Source: an uncultured Nitrososphaerota archaeon
GTDB taxonomy: Archaea; Thermoproteota; Nitrososphaeria; Nitrososphaerales; CADDZS01
Reading direction: 5' to 3'
Assembly (NCBI GenBank): GCA_963799845.1
Contig: CAWCYI010000004.1
Location: forward strand, 1,344,001 to 1,408,000
DNA: 64,000 nt
Positions 48,867 to 60,302 of this stretch are shown here, in pieces (the stretch's first letter is position 1; each line of letters opens with the position of its first letter). The position numbers and the translations under genes are program-made. The notes beneath the pieces were generated by a model. The model worked only from the letters and a program-made list of their open reading frames with translations, was not told the origin of the DNA and did not search any database.

Positions 48867-49534
48867 TCATAGAACGCCGTACTTGTCGTAGACTTCCTTC
48901 AACAGTTTTCCTTCCAGCAGTTCCTGCCTCGTCATTTTTTCTTTGGAGACTTTTTCGAAGGCTAATTCCAAAACTTCTTTCTCGATTTTCTTGGGCACAA
49001 CTACGACGCCATCGTAATCTCCCATCATAAGATCCCCGCTGTTGACGAGCACGCCTCCGCACTGCACAGGCACATCGTAAGCTGATGGCTCGGCCTCTAC
49101 CATTTGAATCGAGCGGAGAGATCGCGGCAGCGAAAACCGGAAAATTCAATTCAAATATCTTCTTTACGTCCCGGACACAGCTGTCAATCACGGCAGCACG
49201 AGCTCCTCTCAGCTCTGGCAGCTGTACTCATTAACTCGCCCCACGGAGCATTTCTCAGCGGCGCGTCGGTATTGGTAACGACGACATCTCCCGGCTTTAG
49301 CTTGTCCATGAATTCTATTTCTACTTGGTACGGATTCGGATCAGGGGCGAAAACATCCATCCATGACACAGTTCTTGCTCTACCTGCGAAGACAAAGTCC
49401 TCCCGAAGCGGTCTGATCCGGTAAGACATCGCACAATTTCTGTAACCAAGCGAATCGAGGGAATCAGAAATTACAGGGGTGTAAAGATCCACTTCAATTC
49501 TATCAAACATTTCGGACTCGTTAACTTCGCTCAT
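48867..49534 (-). CDS. RraA family (HMG aldolase-like) protein, two frameshifts
   Basis: AGRART, WGELMS; IDSCVRD..FPVF; GDLMMGDYDGVVVVP in successive frames. Confidence 0.82.
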
Positions 49535-49672
49535 GAATCAAAAATCAAAATTGCCCGGCATAAATAATATTCCCGAAGTTTGCTCCGGCAATATAGAAGA
49601 TTCCTCGATTACGCAGTTCCAAGTGTAACTCTCTAGAGTTATATCTCCCCGAAAATCAAGGTGCCCCGAAGA

Positions 49673-51725
49673 ATGCTCAGATTAGCTGTGGATATCGGCG
49701 GAACTTTTACCGACGCTGTTATTCTCGACGAAGAAAATCACACAGTCGAGCTTTCAAAAGTCCCTTCCACTCCCCATGATTATTCCGAGGGAGTAATCAC
49801 TTCGATCAAGCGATTGAAAGATTCCATGGCGTTGATTGAAAATTTCATTCACGGCACCACTGTCGGAACAAACGCCATTATCCAGGGAGCGTTCCGGAAC
49901 GGAGCCCTGCTCTCGACGAGAGGGTTCAAGGACGTCCTTGAAATTGGCAGGGGAAACCGTGTGGACATGTACGACCCTTTTTACAAAATGCCGGAACCGC
50001 TCATTCCGCGGGACAGACGAATCGAAATAGATGGAAGAATTGATTCAGCCGGTTCCGAGTTAATTCCTCTTGACATAGAGTCTGCAGAAAGAGCTGTCAA
50101 AGTCATTGTTGAGACTGGAGTCAATACGATAGACTGTCTGTCTGATCAATAGTTACGCAAACAACGAGCATGAAGAAAAAATCAGGCGCGTGATTAACAA
50201 GAATTATCCTTCTGTTCTGGTTTCAATTTCGACTGAAATCACAAACGAGTACAACGAGTATGAGCGTACATCGACCACGGTCGTGAACGCACTGCTGCTC
50301 AACATCATGAACCGGTACCTAGGTAAATTGGAGAAAGAAATCCGCGATCTTGGATTTCCTGGCAGATTGATGCTAATTCAGTCCAACGGCGGGTTGATGA
50401 CGGCTTCGCTCGCCCGCAAGATCCCGGTTCACACAATTAATTCGGGACTGGTGGGAGGAATACTTGCAGTCAGATCTCTTGGCAGCATGCTGGGAATCCA
50501 AAATCTGATCGGCGCGGACATGGGTGGCACCAGTTTTGACGTCGAGCTCATCATCGATGGGAAATACGAAACAACTCCCATGATGCGAATCAGGACTCCA
50601 AAATCGGGTCCTGACGGCTACCCTCTTTTGATTCCAGCGGTCGATATTCACGCGATAGGGACCGGCGGCGGAAGTATAGCGTGGATCGACCCTTCAGGAT
50701 CTCTCCATGTCGGTCCGATGAGCGCATCCGCTTTTCCCGGACCCGCTTGTTACGGGAAGGGAGGGAAAAACCCCACGGTAACAGACGCAAATCTGCTCTT
50801 GGGCAGATTGAACGCAGACGAATTCTTGGGAGGCGAAATGAAGGTCTTCCCCGAGCTCGCCCAATCTGCCCTAAAAACTATAGCTGACTACTATTCGATG
50901 GATGTTATGGAAGCAGCCGAAGGGATATTGAGAATCGCAGTGCCGAATATGGCTTCTGCCATCAGGACGATGACGATTGAGAGAGGAATTGACCCCAGAG
51001 ATTTCACGATGGTATCTTTTGGAGGAGCGGGCCCTCTCCATGCAAACCTCATTGCGTGTGAACTTCAGATTGAACGGATTCTCGTTTCGACCATGCCGGG
51101 CAACTTTTCAGCTTGGGGCATGCTAACTGCGGATTTGAGGCGCGATTATGTCCAGACGTATGTCGCGACGTTTGACAGACTGGAAATGAGGGATCTCGAA
51201 GAACGGTTTTTGAAAATGGAGGCGCAGGCCCGGCAAACGATGAATGATGAAGGAATTTCCGTCGAGAACCTGACACTGATTCGCGAGTTGGACGTGAGAT
51301 ACATTGGACAGGGGCATGCTCTGACACTAGCTGCTCCTTCGGATTTGAGCGAGAGCGACAGTTTAGAAATCCAAGACCAGTTTGATGGAATGCATCTGAA
51401 GAGATACCTGCACAATACGCCATCTCAGGCGAAGGAAGTAGTCACCCTGAGACTCGCATCTATCGGACAAATGAAAAAGGCATCTCTGTCCCATGTGAAG
51501 TCGGGTTCTGCCGAGCCAGTCGCTGATGCACTGCGCCTGTCAAGAAACGTATACCTTGACGGCGCATTTAAGATGTGCAAGATTTACGACAGATCGCGAC
51601 TGCTCGCCAAAAACGTGATCAGGGGTCCCGCACTAATCGAAGAGAAGGTTTCGACAACCCTCCTGCTCGAAGGTTACAAAGCGGAAGTAGACCAGTACGG
51701 CCACCTCGGTATTTCAGAAGAGTAG
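49673..51725 (+). CDS. Hydantoinase/oxoprolinase subunit A (frameshift near 50130)
   Basis: DIGGTFTD, HGTTVGTN, DMGGTSFD, GGGSIA, GPACYG. Confidence 0.9.
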
Positions 51726-51734
51726 TGAAGTTAG

Positions 51735-53474
51735 ATGAAAAAAGATCCAGTCATCCAGGAAGTAATCAGGAACTATCTCCACAGAGTCGCGCTGGACATG
51801 GAGACGGCACTTGTGCGCTCGGCGTACAGCATCGCGATCTACGATTCCAAAGACTTTGCTTGCGGCGTGGTTGACCCCGAGTGCAATCTGCTGTCGCAAA
51901 GCCTAGCAGGAACGCCAGTGTTTGCAAACAACCTATCAAATGCTGTTGAAGCAACTTACGAGTTGCTGGGAGATGAGAAGTTAGAACAGGAGGACGTGAT
52001 CCTCTGCAACGATCCGTACCTCGGAGGAGGAAGTCACGGCAACGATGTTACCTGCATTTACCCGGTTTTCTTCGGGAGCGGCCTAGTTGCTTTCACGGCG
52101 GTCAAGGGACACGTTCTCGACATGGGAGGATCGCATCCTTCGGGTTATCAGACCAACACTACAGAGGTTTTCCAAGAACTATTCAGGATTCCACCAGTGA
52201 AACTGTACAAGAAAGGAGAGATCAACCGGGACGTTGAGCGTCTCCTGACCACTAACGTCCGCCTGCCTGTCGAGGTCATGGGCGATATTAGGGCAATGGT
52301 AGCCGCCCTCAGGGTGGGCGGGAAGAGAATAATTGAACTCATCTCAAAATACGGACTAGAGAACTATTCCGACTATGTGAAGAACATTCTCGATCAATCG
52401 GAGCTGCAAGCCCGTATGAAATTGAAAGAGTTGCCGGCCGGAACCTACGAAGGAGAATACTTTCTAGACGGTGATGGAGATGATGAACATCCGATAAGCC
52501 AAAAACTCAGGGTTCACATGAAGGTGAGCATCAAGAGCGACGAGTTCGTTATCGACCTGAGCGATTCGTCTGATCAGAGTAAGGGACCGATGAACAGTCC
52601 CCGCTCGAACACGATCTCTTACGCAAAATATGCGTTCAAGTCCCTGATCGATCCGCTATCTCTGATAAACGACGGTTTCTTTCGACCCCTGAAAGTTGTG
52701 ACTAGAAAGGGTAGCATCTTCGATCCGATCTCTCCTGCTCCGGTAAATCTCTGGCTTGAGACGCCGCACAGTGTCGTCGATTTGTTATTCAGAGTACTTT
52801 CGCCCGTTTTACCGGAAAGGACGATCGGAGGAACGTTCGGTTCAGATGTCATCGATTTCATCTACGGAGATAACAAAGCCACCAATCGCTTCTACGTTCT
52901 GGTTGACACACTTCAGGGTGGATGGGGAGGGACTCCAAGTTCGGATGGGATAACTGCTTACGCGGTGTGCGAGGGGAATGTCTCCTACCCGATGACGGAA
53001 ATGCTGGAAGCGAACTACCCTCTGCAAGTTATCCGATGGGAGTTAATCCAGGATTCAGGCGGTCCGGGCAAGTTCAGAGGAGGCCTGGGAGTGAGAAGAG
53101 ATTACAAGATGCATTATCCTTGCCGCATAACTTTCTGTTATGAGAGGCACCGCTATTCTCCGCCGTGGGGCGTGCTGGGTGGCAAAGATGGATCAACAAA
53201 TTATGTCATCATGCGTCCGAATACCGACAGTTCTGCGATACACTCCAAATTGACTCACTACCCAATTGAACAAGACGGCGTCATTTCGTTTCGGACTGGT
53301 GGCGGAGGAGGTTATGGCGATCCTCTCGAACGTGAACCGTCTGCGGTATTCAGGGACGTCTTACTGGGATATGTTTCGGAAGAAAAAGCAAGAACTGAGT
53401 ACGGCGTCGTTCTGACTGAAGATAAACGAAATGTCGATACTAAGACCGAGACACCTAGGGCAACGATGAAATAA
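51735..53474 (+). CDS. Hydantoinase/oxoprolinase subunit B
   Basis: NDPY.GGSH.ND, KGH, SGGPGKFRGG, GGGGYGDP. Confidence 0.93.
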   Translation: MKKDPVIQEVIRNYLHRVALDMETALVRSAYSIAIYDSKDFACGVVDPECNLLSQSLAGTPVFANNLSNAVEATYELLGDEKLEQEDVILCNDPYLGGGSHGNDVTCIYPVFFGSGLVAFTAVKGHVLDMGGSHPSGYQTNTTEVFQELFRIPPVKLYKKGEINRDVERLLTTNVRLPVEVMGDIRAMVAALRVGGKRIIELISKYGLENYSDYVKNILDQSELQARMKLKELPAGTYEGEYFLDGDGDDEHPISQKLRVHMKVSIKSDEFVIDLSDSSDQSKGPMNSPRSNTISYAKYAFKSLIDPLSLINDGFFRPLKVVTRKGSIFDPISPAPVNLWLETPHSVVDLLFRVLSPVLPERTIGGTFGSDVIDFIYGDNKATNRFYVLVDTLQGGWGGTPSSDGITAYAVCEGNVSYPMTEMLEANYPLQVIRWELIQDSGGPGKFRGGLGVRRDYKMHYPCRITFCYERHRYSPPWGVLGGKDGSTNYVIMRPNTDSSAIHSKLTHYPIEQDGVISFRTGGGGGYGDPLEREPSAVFRDVLLGYVSEEKARTEYGVVLTEDKRNVDTKTETPRATMK

Positions 53475-53516
53475 TTCGAACAAGACGATATACCGCTGTT
53501 TTTTTCAACGGAGAAA

Positions 53517-53851
53517 TCATTTTGTCAAATCACTGTAGCTTGAAATACTCACTCCAAATTTCTCCCGCAGCACGCCCCTATTTCTAAGAATTCTGGAGTC
53601 TTCGGAAACCAGCTCTTCCTTCACAATAATCAAGATCTGGATTCTAGCCTTGAGGAGAGCCTGCTCCGGTCTTTTTCGAAATCCTTGGTCGTCGTCTTTG
53701 CAACCTTTTTGGAGTATAGCAGTTTGAGCAGGTCATCGTCTTTGCCCGACTGTTTCGCTGATTCTTTCACCATAGAGTCGATAACCTTTGAGATTGCCCT
53801 CGCTGTTCCGTACCTCTTGATGCTCTCATTGATGAGCCTCTTGTATGACAC
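53517..53851 (-). pseudogene. Degenerate vapBC-like toxin-antitoxin remnant
   Basis: N-truncated antitoxin-like ORF 53630-53851 overlaps a 38-aa ORF MIIV-KEELVSEDSRIL... (53517-53633) resembling PIN termini without the core. Confidence 0.45.
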
Positions 53852-53904
53852 CCGGAAATACTCATATTCAAAGAATTCGCTTCTTGAGCGTTTGAGAGCA
53901 TTCT

Positions 53905-54381
53905 ATGATCAGGTTCGAGCCTTTCGATCCAAATGAATTTAAGGCGTATGTTGAGCGCAATTTATGGCGCTATGCTGAAGAGAAAGTCAGGTCGGGCAAC
54001 TGGGAGAAGCAATCAGCCCTGATCCTGGCTGACCAGGAATTCAAAACGCTGCTACCCGATGGACTCAAAACAAAAGACCACTACATTTATTCAATCGTGG
54101 ATGAGCGCTCAAACGAAAAGGTCGGGATTATCTGGTTTGCTTCAAACGTACCTGACATCCAGAAAAACGATTTGTTCATTTATGACTTTGAGATATTTGA
54201 AAAATTCAGGAGAAAAGGTTACGCCACTAGCGCTTTGAGACTCCTAGATTCGAAGGCTCGAGAGTTAGGAAAGCAGACAGTATCTCTTCATGTATTCGGT
54301 AGTAACCATGCTGCAAGGAAACTCTACATGAAAAACGGCTTTGAAGAAACAAACGTGCTTATGAAAAAGACTCTAAACTAG
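53905..54381 (+). CDS. GNAT acetyltransferase
   Basis: FRRKGYA, LHVFGSN..ARKLY...GF. Confidence 0.88.
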   Translation: MIRFEPFDPNEFKAYVERNLWRYAEEKVRSGNWEKQSALILADQEFKTLLPDGLKTKDHYIYSIVDERSNEKVGIIWFASNVPDIQKNDLFIYDFEIFEKFRRKGYATSALRLLDSKARELGKQTVSLHVFGSNHAARKLYMKNGFEETNVLMKKTLN

Positions 54382-54613
54382 CACTAGAATATCGGAACAC
54401 CACATTCACATTACCACTGGAATCGGAGATTTAGAAAGTTGACTGACTTGCACTGATGGAGCTGACGAAAGCAATGGTCGATTTATTCTTCGCGTACTTG
54501 ACTCGTCTTTGGTATTCAAGCAAACTGGAATGTTCTGAAGACTAGAATCTTATAGCATACCTTGGTGGGCAATATAACTGAATCAAATCTTACGCTCGCC
54601 GAGTTGATGTTGG

Positions 54614-56011
54614 TTGAAATTACAGACACTCTCTCAAATTCTGAGGGTAATCGAGAGAAATATTGAAGGTGACAGAGAGACGTGGCTGTACGTCGCTGCC
54701 GGTATCTTCTTTCTACTCGGGATCTGGGAGCACGCAAACGGCAACATCTACAGCGACATCGTTGCGGTGTATCAAAACAGATTCTGCTACACCGGCACTT
54801 GTGTTATCGGCGGTCTGCCCTACATCAACTATTTTGTCGAGTACCCCGCGATAACTGGATTTTTTATGTACGCGATGGGGATGATCGGACATATCCTCCC
54901 CTACCCTGGAAAGGACTTCATTGTAAGCTACTATCTTTACTCCTCGTTATTCCTGCTCGTCCCAACGTTCCTCCTGATTTCCAACCTGCTCAAGATCACT
55001 AAACTAATCGGAGTGGGACAGAAATACAAGCGCTCTCTGATTTACCTGATTGCAACTCCCAGCTTCGTCTTCATGCTTCTTCTCAACTGGTACATTATCG
55101 GTATTTTCTTCACCGTGTGGGGCCTTCGCAAGTTCCTCGAGGGAAATATGTTCGGAAACAATACCGTCAGGAACAGGGTTTGGAGCGGAGCGCTCCTTGG
55201 TCTCTCGGCGGCCGCAAATCTTGTCACCGCCGTTCCCGCGATCGGAATGCTCACCTTCGGGACAGTGAGCTGGAAAGAGCGGACCTGGTTTCTCTTCGGG
55301 ATGTTAGCAGCTCTACTTCTCGTCTACGTCCCGTTGATTGTTGCAAATTCGTTTCCTCATTCTTACGTAAATTCCCAACACGTGATGGTGCAGTTCGGTT
55401 TTCAATTTCCAAATCTGAATGTCATCAGCGATTACCTTCGTTACCAGCACGACTGGTACGCTGAAGGATCCTGGATGCTCGCTTTCTTCAGCAGTACCAA
55501 TCCTATTCGTTACTACATCTTTGAGGGTCTTTTCGCTGTGCTGTCTGTTGCTATTGTACTAAAGGGACTGAGGCTGCAAAAAAATCGTGTATTATCTCAA
55601 CTTGATCGCGCAAACCTCGTTGTAATGACAAGCGCCCTGTTCACATTTGCATTCCTATTCTCCTCTTACGTTTGCACTCCGCAGTTGAATCTTATTTTAC
55701 TTCCATTCTTTGTCTTGATCCCCTTGATGACCAGGAACTATCCGGAGTTTCTGGCATTTGAAATCGTAAATGCCCTTGTGATTGTGTGGGGCTTTTCCGC
55801 ACCGCTTGCTTTCTTGGGGATCAACATACCGACGCCTACCCAGTTTGGATCTATCTGGGCTTCGCCGATACAATTTCTCGCAGTCCTCAGGTCTTTTTGG
55901 ATAGGAAAGTTTTTGATCTACGATGGGCTCTCCAAATGGAAATCAATCAAAACTGCGAACAACGAATCAAGAGATCTTACAGATATTATTGTCCCAAAAA
56001 GGAAGGTCTAA
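54614..56011 (+). CDS. Polytopic membrane protein, GT-C (GT87-like) glycosyltransferase
   Basis: YSDI, PY..YFVEYP, TPQ motif; many TM helices. Confidence 0.7.
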   Translation: MKLQTLSQILRVIERNIEGDRETWLYVAAGIFFLLGIWEHANGNIYSDIVAVYQNRFCYTGTCVIGGLPYINYFVEYPAITGFFMYAMGMIGHILPYPGKDFIVSYYLYSSLFLLVPTFLLISNLLKITKLIGVGQKYKRSLIYLIATPSFVFMLLLNWYIIGIFFTVWGLRKFLEGNMFGNNTVRNRVWSGALLGLSAAANLVTAVPAIGMLTFGTVSWKERTWFLFGMLAALLLVYVPLIVANSFPHSYVNSQHVMVQFGFQFPNLNVISDYLRYQHDWYAEGSWMLAFFSSTNPIRYYIFEGLFAVLSVAIVLKGLRLQKNRVLSQLDRANLVVMTSALFTFAFLFSSYVCTPQLNLILLPFFVLIPLMTRNYPEFLAFEIVNALVIVWGFSAPLAFLGINIPTPTQFGSIWASPIQFLAVLRSFWIGKFLIYDGLSKWKSIKTANNESRDLTDIIVPKRKV

Positions 56012-56038
56012 TACTCCTCCCCATCATTCCTTTACGTC

Positions 56039-56539
56039 GTGAACATCATCGAGCTCTTAATGGTGGAGCATGCTTCGTTGAGGCTTCACTTTCAGTTTGC
56101 TAGAAGAAGTGCGAATTGGGATTCGATCTACGAAGTGGAAGAATTTGTACGAAGCTGCCACGCGAAGGTTGAGGATGAAGTTGTATTCCCAAAGTTGCAG
56201 GAATCTCTCAAAGATCCAGACAGAGAGAATCATCTCAAGATTCTTTCAAGACTAGAAGCAGACCATCGGCTGATTGATACCATTGGTGAACAGATCAGAC
56301 TCAGGACCTCGCAGGGCAGCGATGAGGAGACCCTGAGGAAGCGGATCCTTCTCTATGCCACCACGGTTGAATCACACAACGCGAGCGAGGAATCGCTCAT
56401 CTTTCCATATTGGAATGTGTCTGGCAGTGACCTAAACGAAGTCATACTACCTGCAATGAAAATCATCCGAGAGTACGGCCTGAACCGCTACTACCAGCTA
56501 ACGGGTATCTCTGAAAGGCTGCTGGAATCGGTGAACTGA
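56039..56539 (+). CDS. Hemerythrin domain protein
   Basis: EH, HAKVEDEVVFP, DH, HNASEE..IFP. Confidence 0.85.
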   Translation: MNIIELLMVEHASLRLHFQFARRSANWDSIYEVEEFVRSCHAKVEDEVVFPKLQESLKDPDRENHLKILSRLEADHRLIDTIGEQIRLRTSQGSDEETLRKRILLYATTVESHNASEESLIFPYWNVSGSDLNEVILPAMKIIREYGLNRYYQLTGISERLLESVN

Positions 56540-56607
56540 ATCATTGCCATCGTGTACCTTCTGAAATCATCGTGTTTTCTCTAGTAACTAGGGATGTTTG
56601 TCATTGT

Positions 56608-57180
56608 TCAGATCATCCGGGTTATCATCGCGTCAAGATCTTTCCAACCGTAGGCAATTTCCTCGTAACTAGATCCGCCTATATCGATCTGTTGTGAGCG
56701 CAGATACTTTCCACCGAGTTTCTCGTAGAACCTACGATAAGGATTCTTGGCAAGCACCCACACAAGCATCGAGTGATGACCACGGTCTATCAATTTCTTT
56801 ACTAATGTAAGAACAAGTCTTTGTCCAATTCCCTGCCCACGGTAATCTTCGAGCAGGTAAATTGCGCCGAGCTCTCCGGTATATTCGGGATTCTTCGACC
56901 GCTCTTCTCCTCCCTTCACAAAGCCAACTATTTGCTTAGGAGATTCTGCCTCAGCTACAAACACTACCGATATTTCATTCTCAATCGCGCTCTTCCACGA
57001 GTTCTCCCTTTTGTCGTATGATAAACCAGCGAGGTAAGAATCAGGAACGATTCCCCGGTACGTGGTTCTCCAACTATCCACATGGACTCTCGCGATTGCG
57101 GCGGCATCTGGAAGAACTGCTTTCCTGGTGTAGATACTCAAGGGTCTACAATTCTTGGATATGAGTATGCATAATATCAA
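56608..57180 (-). CDS. GNAT acetyltransferase
   Basis: YRGQGIG, WVL..N..RRFYEKLGG. Confidence 0.9.
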   Translation of the reverse strand: MILCILISKNCRPLSIYTRKAVLPDAAAIARVHVDSWRTTYRGIVPDSYLAGLSYDKRENSWKSAIENEISVVFVAEAESPKQIVGFVKGGEERSKNPEYTGELGAIYLLEDYRGQGIGQRLVLTLVKKLIDRGHHSMLVWVLAKNPYRRFYEKLGGKYLRSQQIDIGGSSYEEIAYGWKDLDAMITRMI

Positions 57181-57259
57181 TGCTTCCCAAAACGAGAATG
57201 AGATCCTGGAACTGGCTCACTCAAATCCTTAATTATCGAAGGGGAATCTCGCAGACTTC

Positions 57260-58583
57260 ATGTCAAGCAACAGTCCACGCTCTTCCTACGACAAAGTATT
57301 CGTCGCCCTCGAAAATCATCACAACTGGTTTGCAAATTCAATTCCGCTGATCGCCTCCGAAAATATTCCCAGCCCGGCAGTGCGCGAAGCGATAATTTCG
57401 GACTTTGGAAACAGGTATGCCGAGGGCTGGGCTGGAGAGCGCGTCTACGCCGGTTGCATTTACATCGATCAGGTAGAGTTGATTTGCCTGGATCTAGCAA
57501 AGAGGCTTTTCGGCGCCGAGTTTGCCGATGTGAGGCCGGTGTCGGGGGTAAATGCGAACCTCACGGTCTACTCCGCGTTCACCGACCCTGGCGATACGAT
57601 GATGGCGCTCGCGATCCCCAACGGCGGTCACATTTCGGCCGCACGAAAAGAGTTCAACGGGACCGCGGGACTGGTTCACGGTCTCAATGTCGAATACTTT
57701 GCGTTCGACCGGGATAACTGGAACATCGACGTTGACAAGACGAAGGAGAAGATCAAAAAACTGGCCGATGAAGGGAAGAAACCGAAGATGGTAATGTTCG
57801 GCGGCTCACTGTTTTTGTTTCCCCACCCGGTCGATGAACTCGCCGATTTTTGCAAGAGCGAGGGCATCATCGTCTGCTACGATTCAGCTCACGTCTCCGG
57901 GCTGATCGCGGGCAAGCAGTTCCAGGCGCCGTTGAAAGAAGGCGCGGACGCCATGACACTTTCAACGCACAAAACTCTCTTCGGCCCCCAGGGCGGCACA
58001 GTTCTTTCGTGGGACAGGTACGCCGACAAGATCAAGGCAGCTGCATTTCCTGGCACTTCGTCAAATCACCACCTGCACCACGTCGCGGGAAAAGCTGTCG
58101 CGTTCGCAGAATTTCTGGAGTTCGGCGAGGAGTACGCAAAGCAGGTGATCGCAAACGCGCAGGCGCTCGCAGTTGCTTTGAACGATGAAGGAGTGGACGT
58201 ACTCGCGAGCAATCTCGGGTTCACAAAGTCCCACCAGATAGCGGTGAACATTACAAAGTTCGGGCTGGGTGGCGATCTCGAAAGGGACCTTGAAAGGGCG
58301 AACATCATTCTGAACCGGCAGCTGATTCCCGGCGACGTGCAGGCCGGCCGCCACTATCAGAATCCGGGAGGTTTGAGAATAGGCACGAGCGAGCTGAACG
58401 AGACTGGGGATGAAGAAGGAAGAGATGAAAGTGATCGCCGCTCTAATGGGACGGATTATCGTGAAGAAGGAAGACCCCGCGAAAGTGAAAAAGGAAGTCG
58501 AAGAAATGCGAAAGTCTTACCAGAACGTGCACTATGCGTTCGAGCCCAACACTCCAGCGTACAAGTACATTCACGTGAGGTAG
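57260..58583 (+). CDS. glyA: Serine hydroxymethyltransferase, archaeal type (frameshift near 58398)
   Basis: LIASEN, RYAEG, GGHIS, DSAH, STHKTLFGPQGG, GLRIGT; C-terminus TRLGMKEEEM in another frame. Confidence 0.95.
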
Positions 58584-58672
58584 TGCATTAATTTTCTCTG
58601 CGACTTTTTCCTTGCAGAACTCGGCCGATTCAAGTTCACGGAATGAGACCGTTGAGTTTAGACTCCGCCTGA

Positions 58673-59236
58673 TTAGATAATTAACTCTAATTTCGAAGTG
58701 ACTGGCCGAAGACTCGCCGGAAGATTCAATGCCTCGTCACTATGGACGCAAAATTGAGGCGAAGGACCTAAAACCATCTGCCGTCGCCACAAGTCTGTCC
58801 TTCTTTCTCCAACGCTTCTAGCCACATCTTCATAGTACGACTGATAAGATGGCCCGATTGGTTTCTCAATCCATGTGACAAAGCGGGCTTCGCGCAAATT
58901 GAGATTCCCGTTTATCGACTTGAAAATACCCCCTGCGCCTTTCATGTAGTCCTTGGCGATTGAATCATGAACTGCCAGGGTCTCGCCTGCAACCGCGGCA
59001 TCGTTGAGGGGGCCGAGAGCTGAAAAATTCTCTACGACATACCAATCTTCATAGAAATTGTCACGCTGCGGGCCCCATGGCAGGGAACCAACGCGAAAAC
59101 TCAGCGCCTCAATAAATCCAATAGGCTTCTCCAAATTCAAGGAATGTAGAAACGCCGCCAATTTCGTCTCATACGACGCCTTCGGGATTTCCGGACGGGG
59201 CCAGTGCCAAAATACATAGGCGAGCTGATCGGGCAT
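58673..59236 (-). CDS. Hypothetical protein
   Basis: LAYVFWHWP, YEDWY, LWRRQMVLGP. Confidence 0.7.
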   Translation of the reverse strand: MPDQLAYVFWHWPRPEIPKASYETKLAAFLHSLNLEKPIGFIEALSFRVGSLPWGPQRDNFYEDWYVVENFSALGPLNDAAVAGETLAVHDSIAKDYMKGAGGIFKSINGNLNLREARFVTWIEKPIGPSYQSYYEDVARSVGERRTDLWRRQMVLGPSPQFCVHSDEALNLPASLRPVTSKLELII

Positions 59237-59330
59237 GATGACTGGGAAACAAGTGCTTAGTACTAAGACTTTGTGTTACTCGAGTGGATTACATCCTCGA
59301 TAGATATCCACTCTAAAGCGAGCTTAATCT

Positions 59331-59717
59331 CTAACGATCGAAAGTGGATATCTTGACTAATGGGGTGATCTTGACCGAAGTTCTCTCATCAATTGAACCC
59401 TTACCCTTTTCTGTGAGGATCTCGGCGGTGCCACGGATTATGATAAATCGAGGGGTCCACGGGTTGGTCGAGATCAAATCATCAACCACTAGACCTACTT
59501 TATTGTTTTGTTGGATGTTCTTGAATTTCAGGCTCTTTGTAATGTAGTACCCACCAAAATAAAAGAATCCGCGTTTGAACTCGAAGCCAATTGGCACAAC
59601 GTGAGGCTGACCACTCGGAGAGACCGTCGCCAGCCTCGCCAGCTTGCTCTCTTTCAGGAATTTTACTTCTTCTTTGCTGAATGAGATCTTCTTCCGTTTC
59701 ATGTCTTTTTTTGGCAA
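59331..59717 (-). CDS. PPOX-class (pyridoxamine-oxidase-like, F420/flavin) oxidoreductase
   Basis: LARLATV...QPHVVP, KFKNI, VVDD. Confidence 0.85.
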   Translation of the reverse strand: MPKKDMKRKKISFSKEEVKFLKESKLARLATVSPSGQPHVVPIGFEFKRGFFYFGGYYITKSLKFKNIQQNNKVGLVVDDLISTNPWTPRFIIIRGTAEILTEKGKGSIDERTSVKITPLVKISTFDR

Positions 59718-59893
59718 ATTATTTCTGTGCGAAACGTGATAAAAAGTTAGAATTAATCTGTTTGCGTCCAGATACTAATTGTCCAAATTGTGCTGTAATT
59801 CTTAACTCTCTGTTTTGCATCTACGAAGGAGCAAGACATCGAGGTTGTCACATTGTAAATGTTTAAAGCTCTTGACGATAGGAATGTTGTCCC

Positions 59894-60280
59894 ATGATAG
59901 ATGGATATACGGATGTTGCCGTGGTGGTATCGGACGCTCAAAAGGCAAAAAAGTGGTATGTCGATAATCTCGGGTTCAAAGTCGTCCTTGACAGAGGGCA
60001 CGTGGTTTGCGTAAGCCCCAATGTAAAGGGTGACAGCCTTGTCCTGCACCTTTGTGGAGACGATTTTGCTCCACTGGAGCCCGGGAACACTGGAATAGGT
60101 TTCACCGCGGACGATTTTGATAAGACTTGTGAAGAATTCAGCGCAAAGGGAGTCAGGTTCTCGATCCCTCCGACCGACGAAGACGGCTTCAAATCAGCCA
60201 AGTTCCTCGACTTGGACGGGAACGAGTTCTGGTTATTTGAGAGCAGATTGGCGAAGGAAGTAATAGAAGAGAACACGTAG
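59894..60280 (+). CDS. VOC family protein
   Basis: WYVDNLGF, DLDGNEFWL. Confidence 0.85.
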   Translation: MIDGYTDVAVVVSDAQKAKKWYVDNLGFKVVLDRGHVVCVSPNVKGDSLVLHLCGDDFAPLEPGNTGIGFTADDFDKTCEEFSAKGVRFSIPPTDEDGFKSAKFLDLDGNEFWLFESRLAKEVIEENT

Positions 60281-60302
60281 TACTATAGGCACCCTTGGAA
60301 AA

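Noticed and set aside
58390-58410. Programmed frameshift in glyA
   Set aside because: No slippery heptamer or stimulatory structure; similar indels are common across the window.
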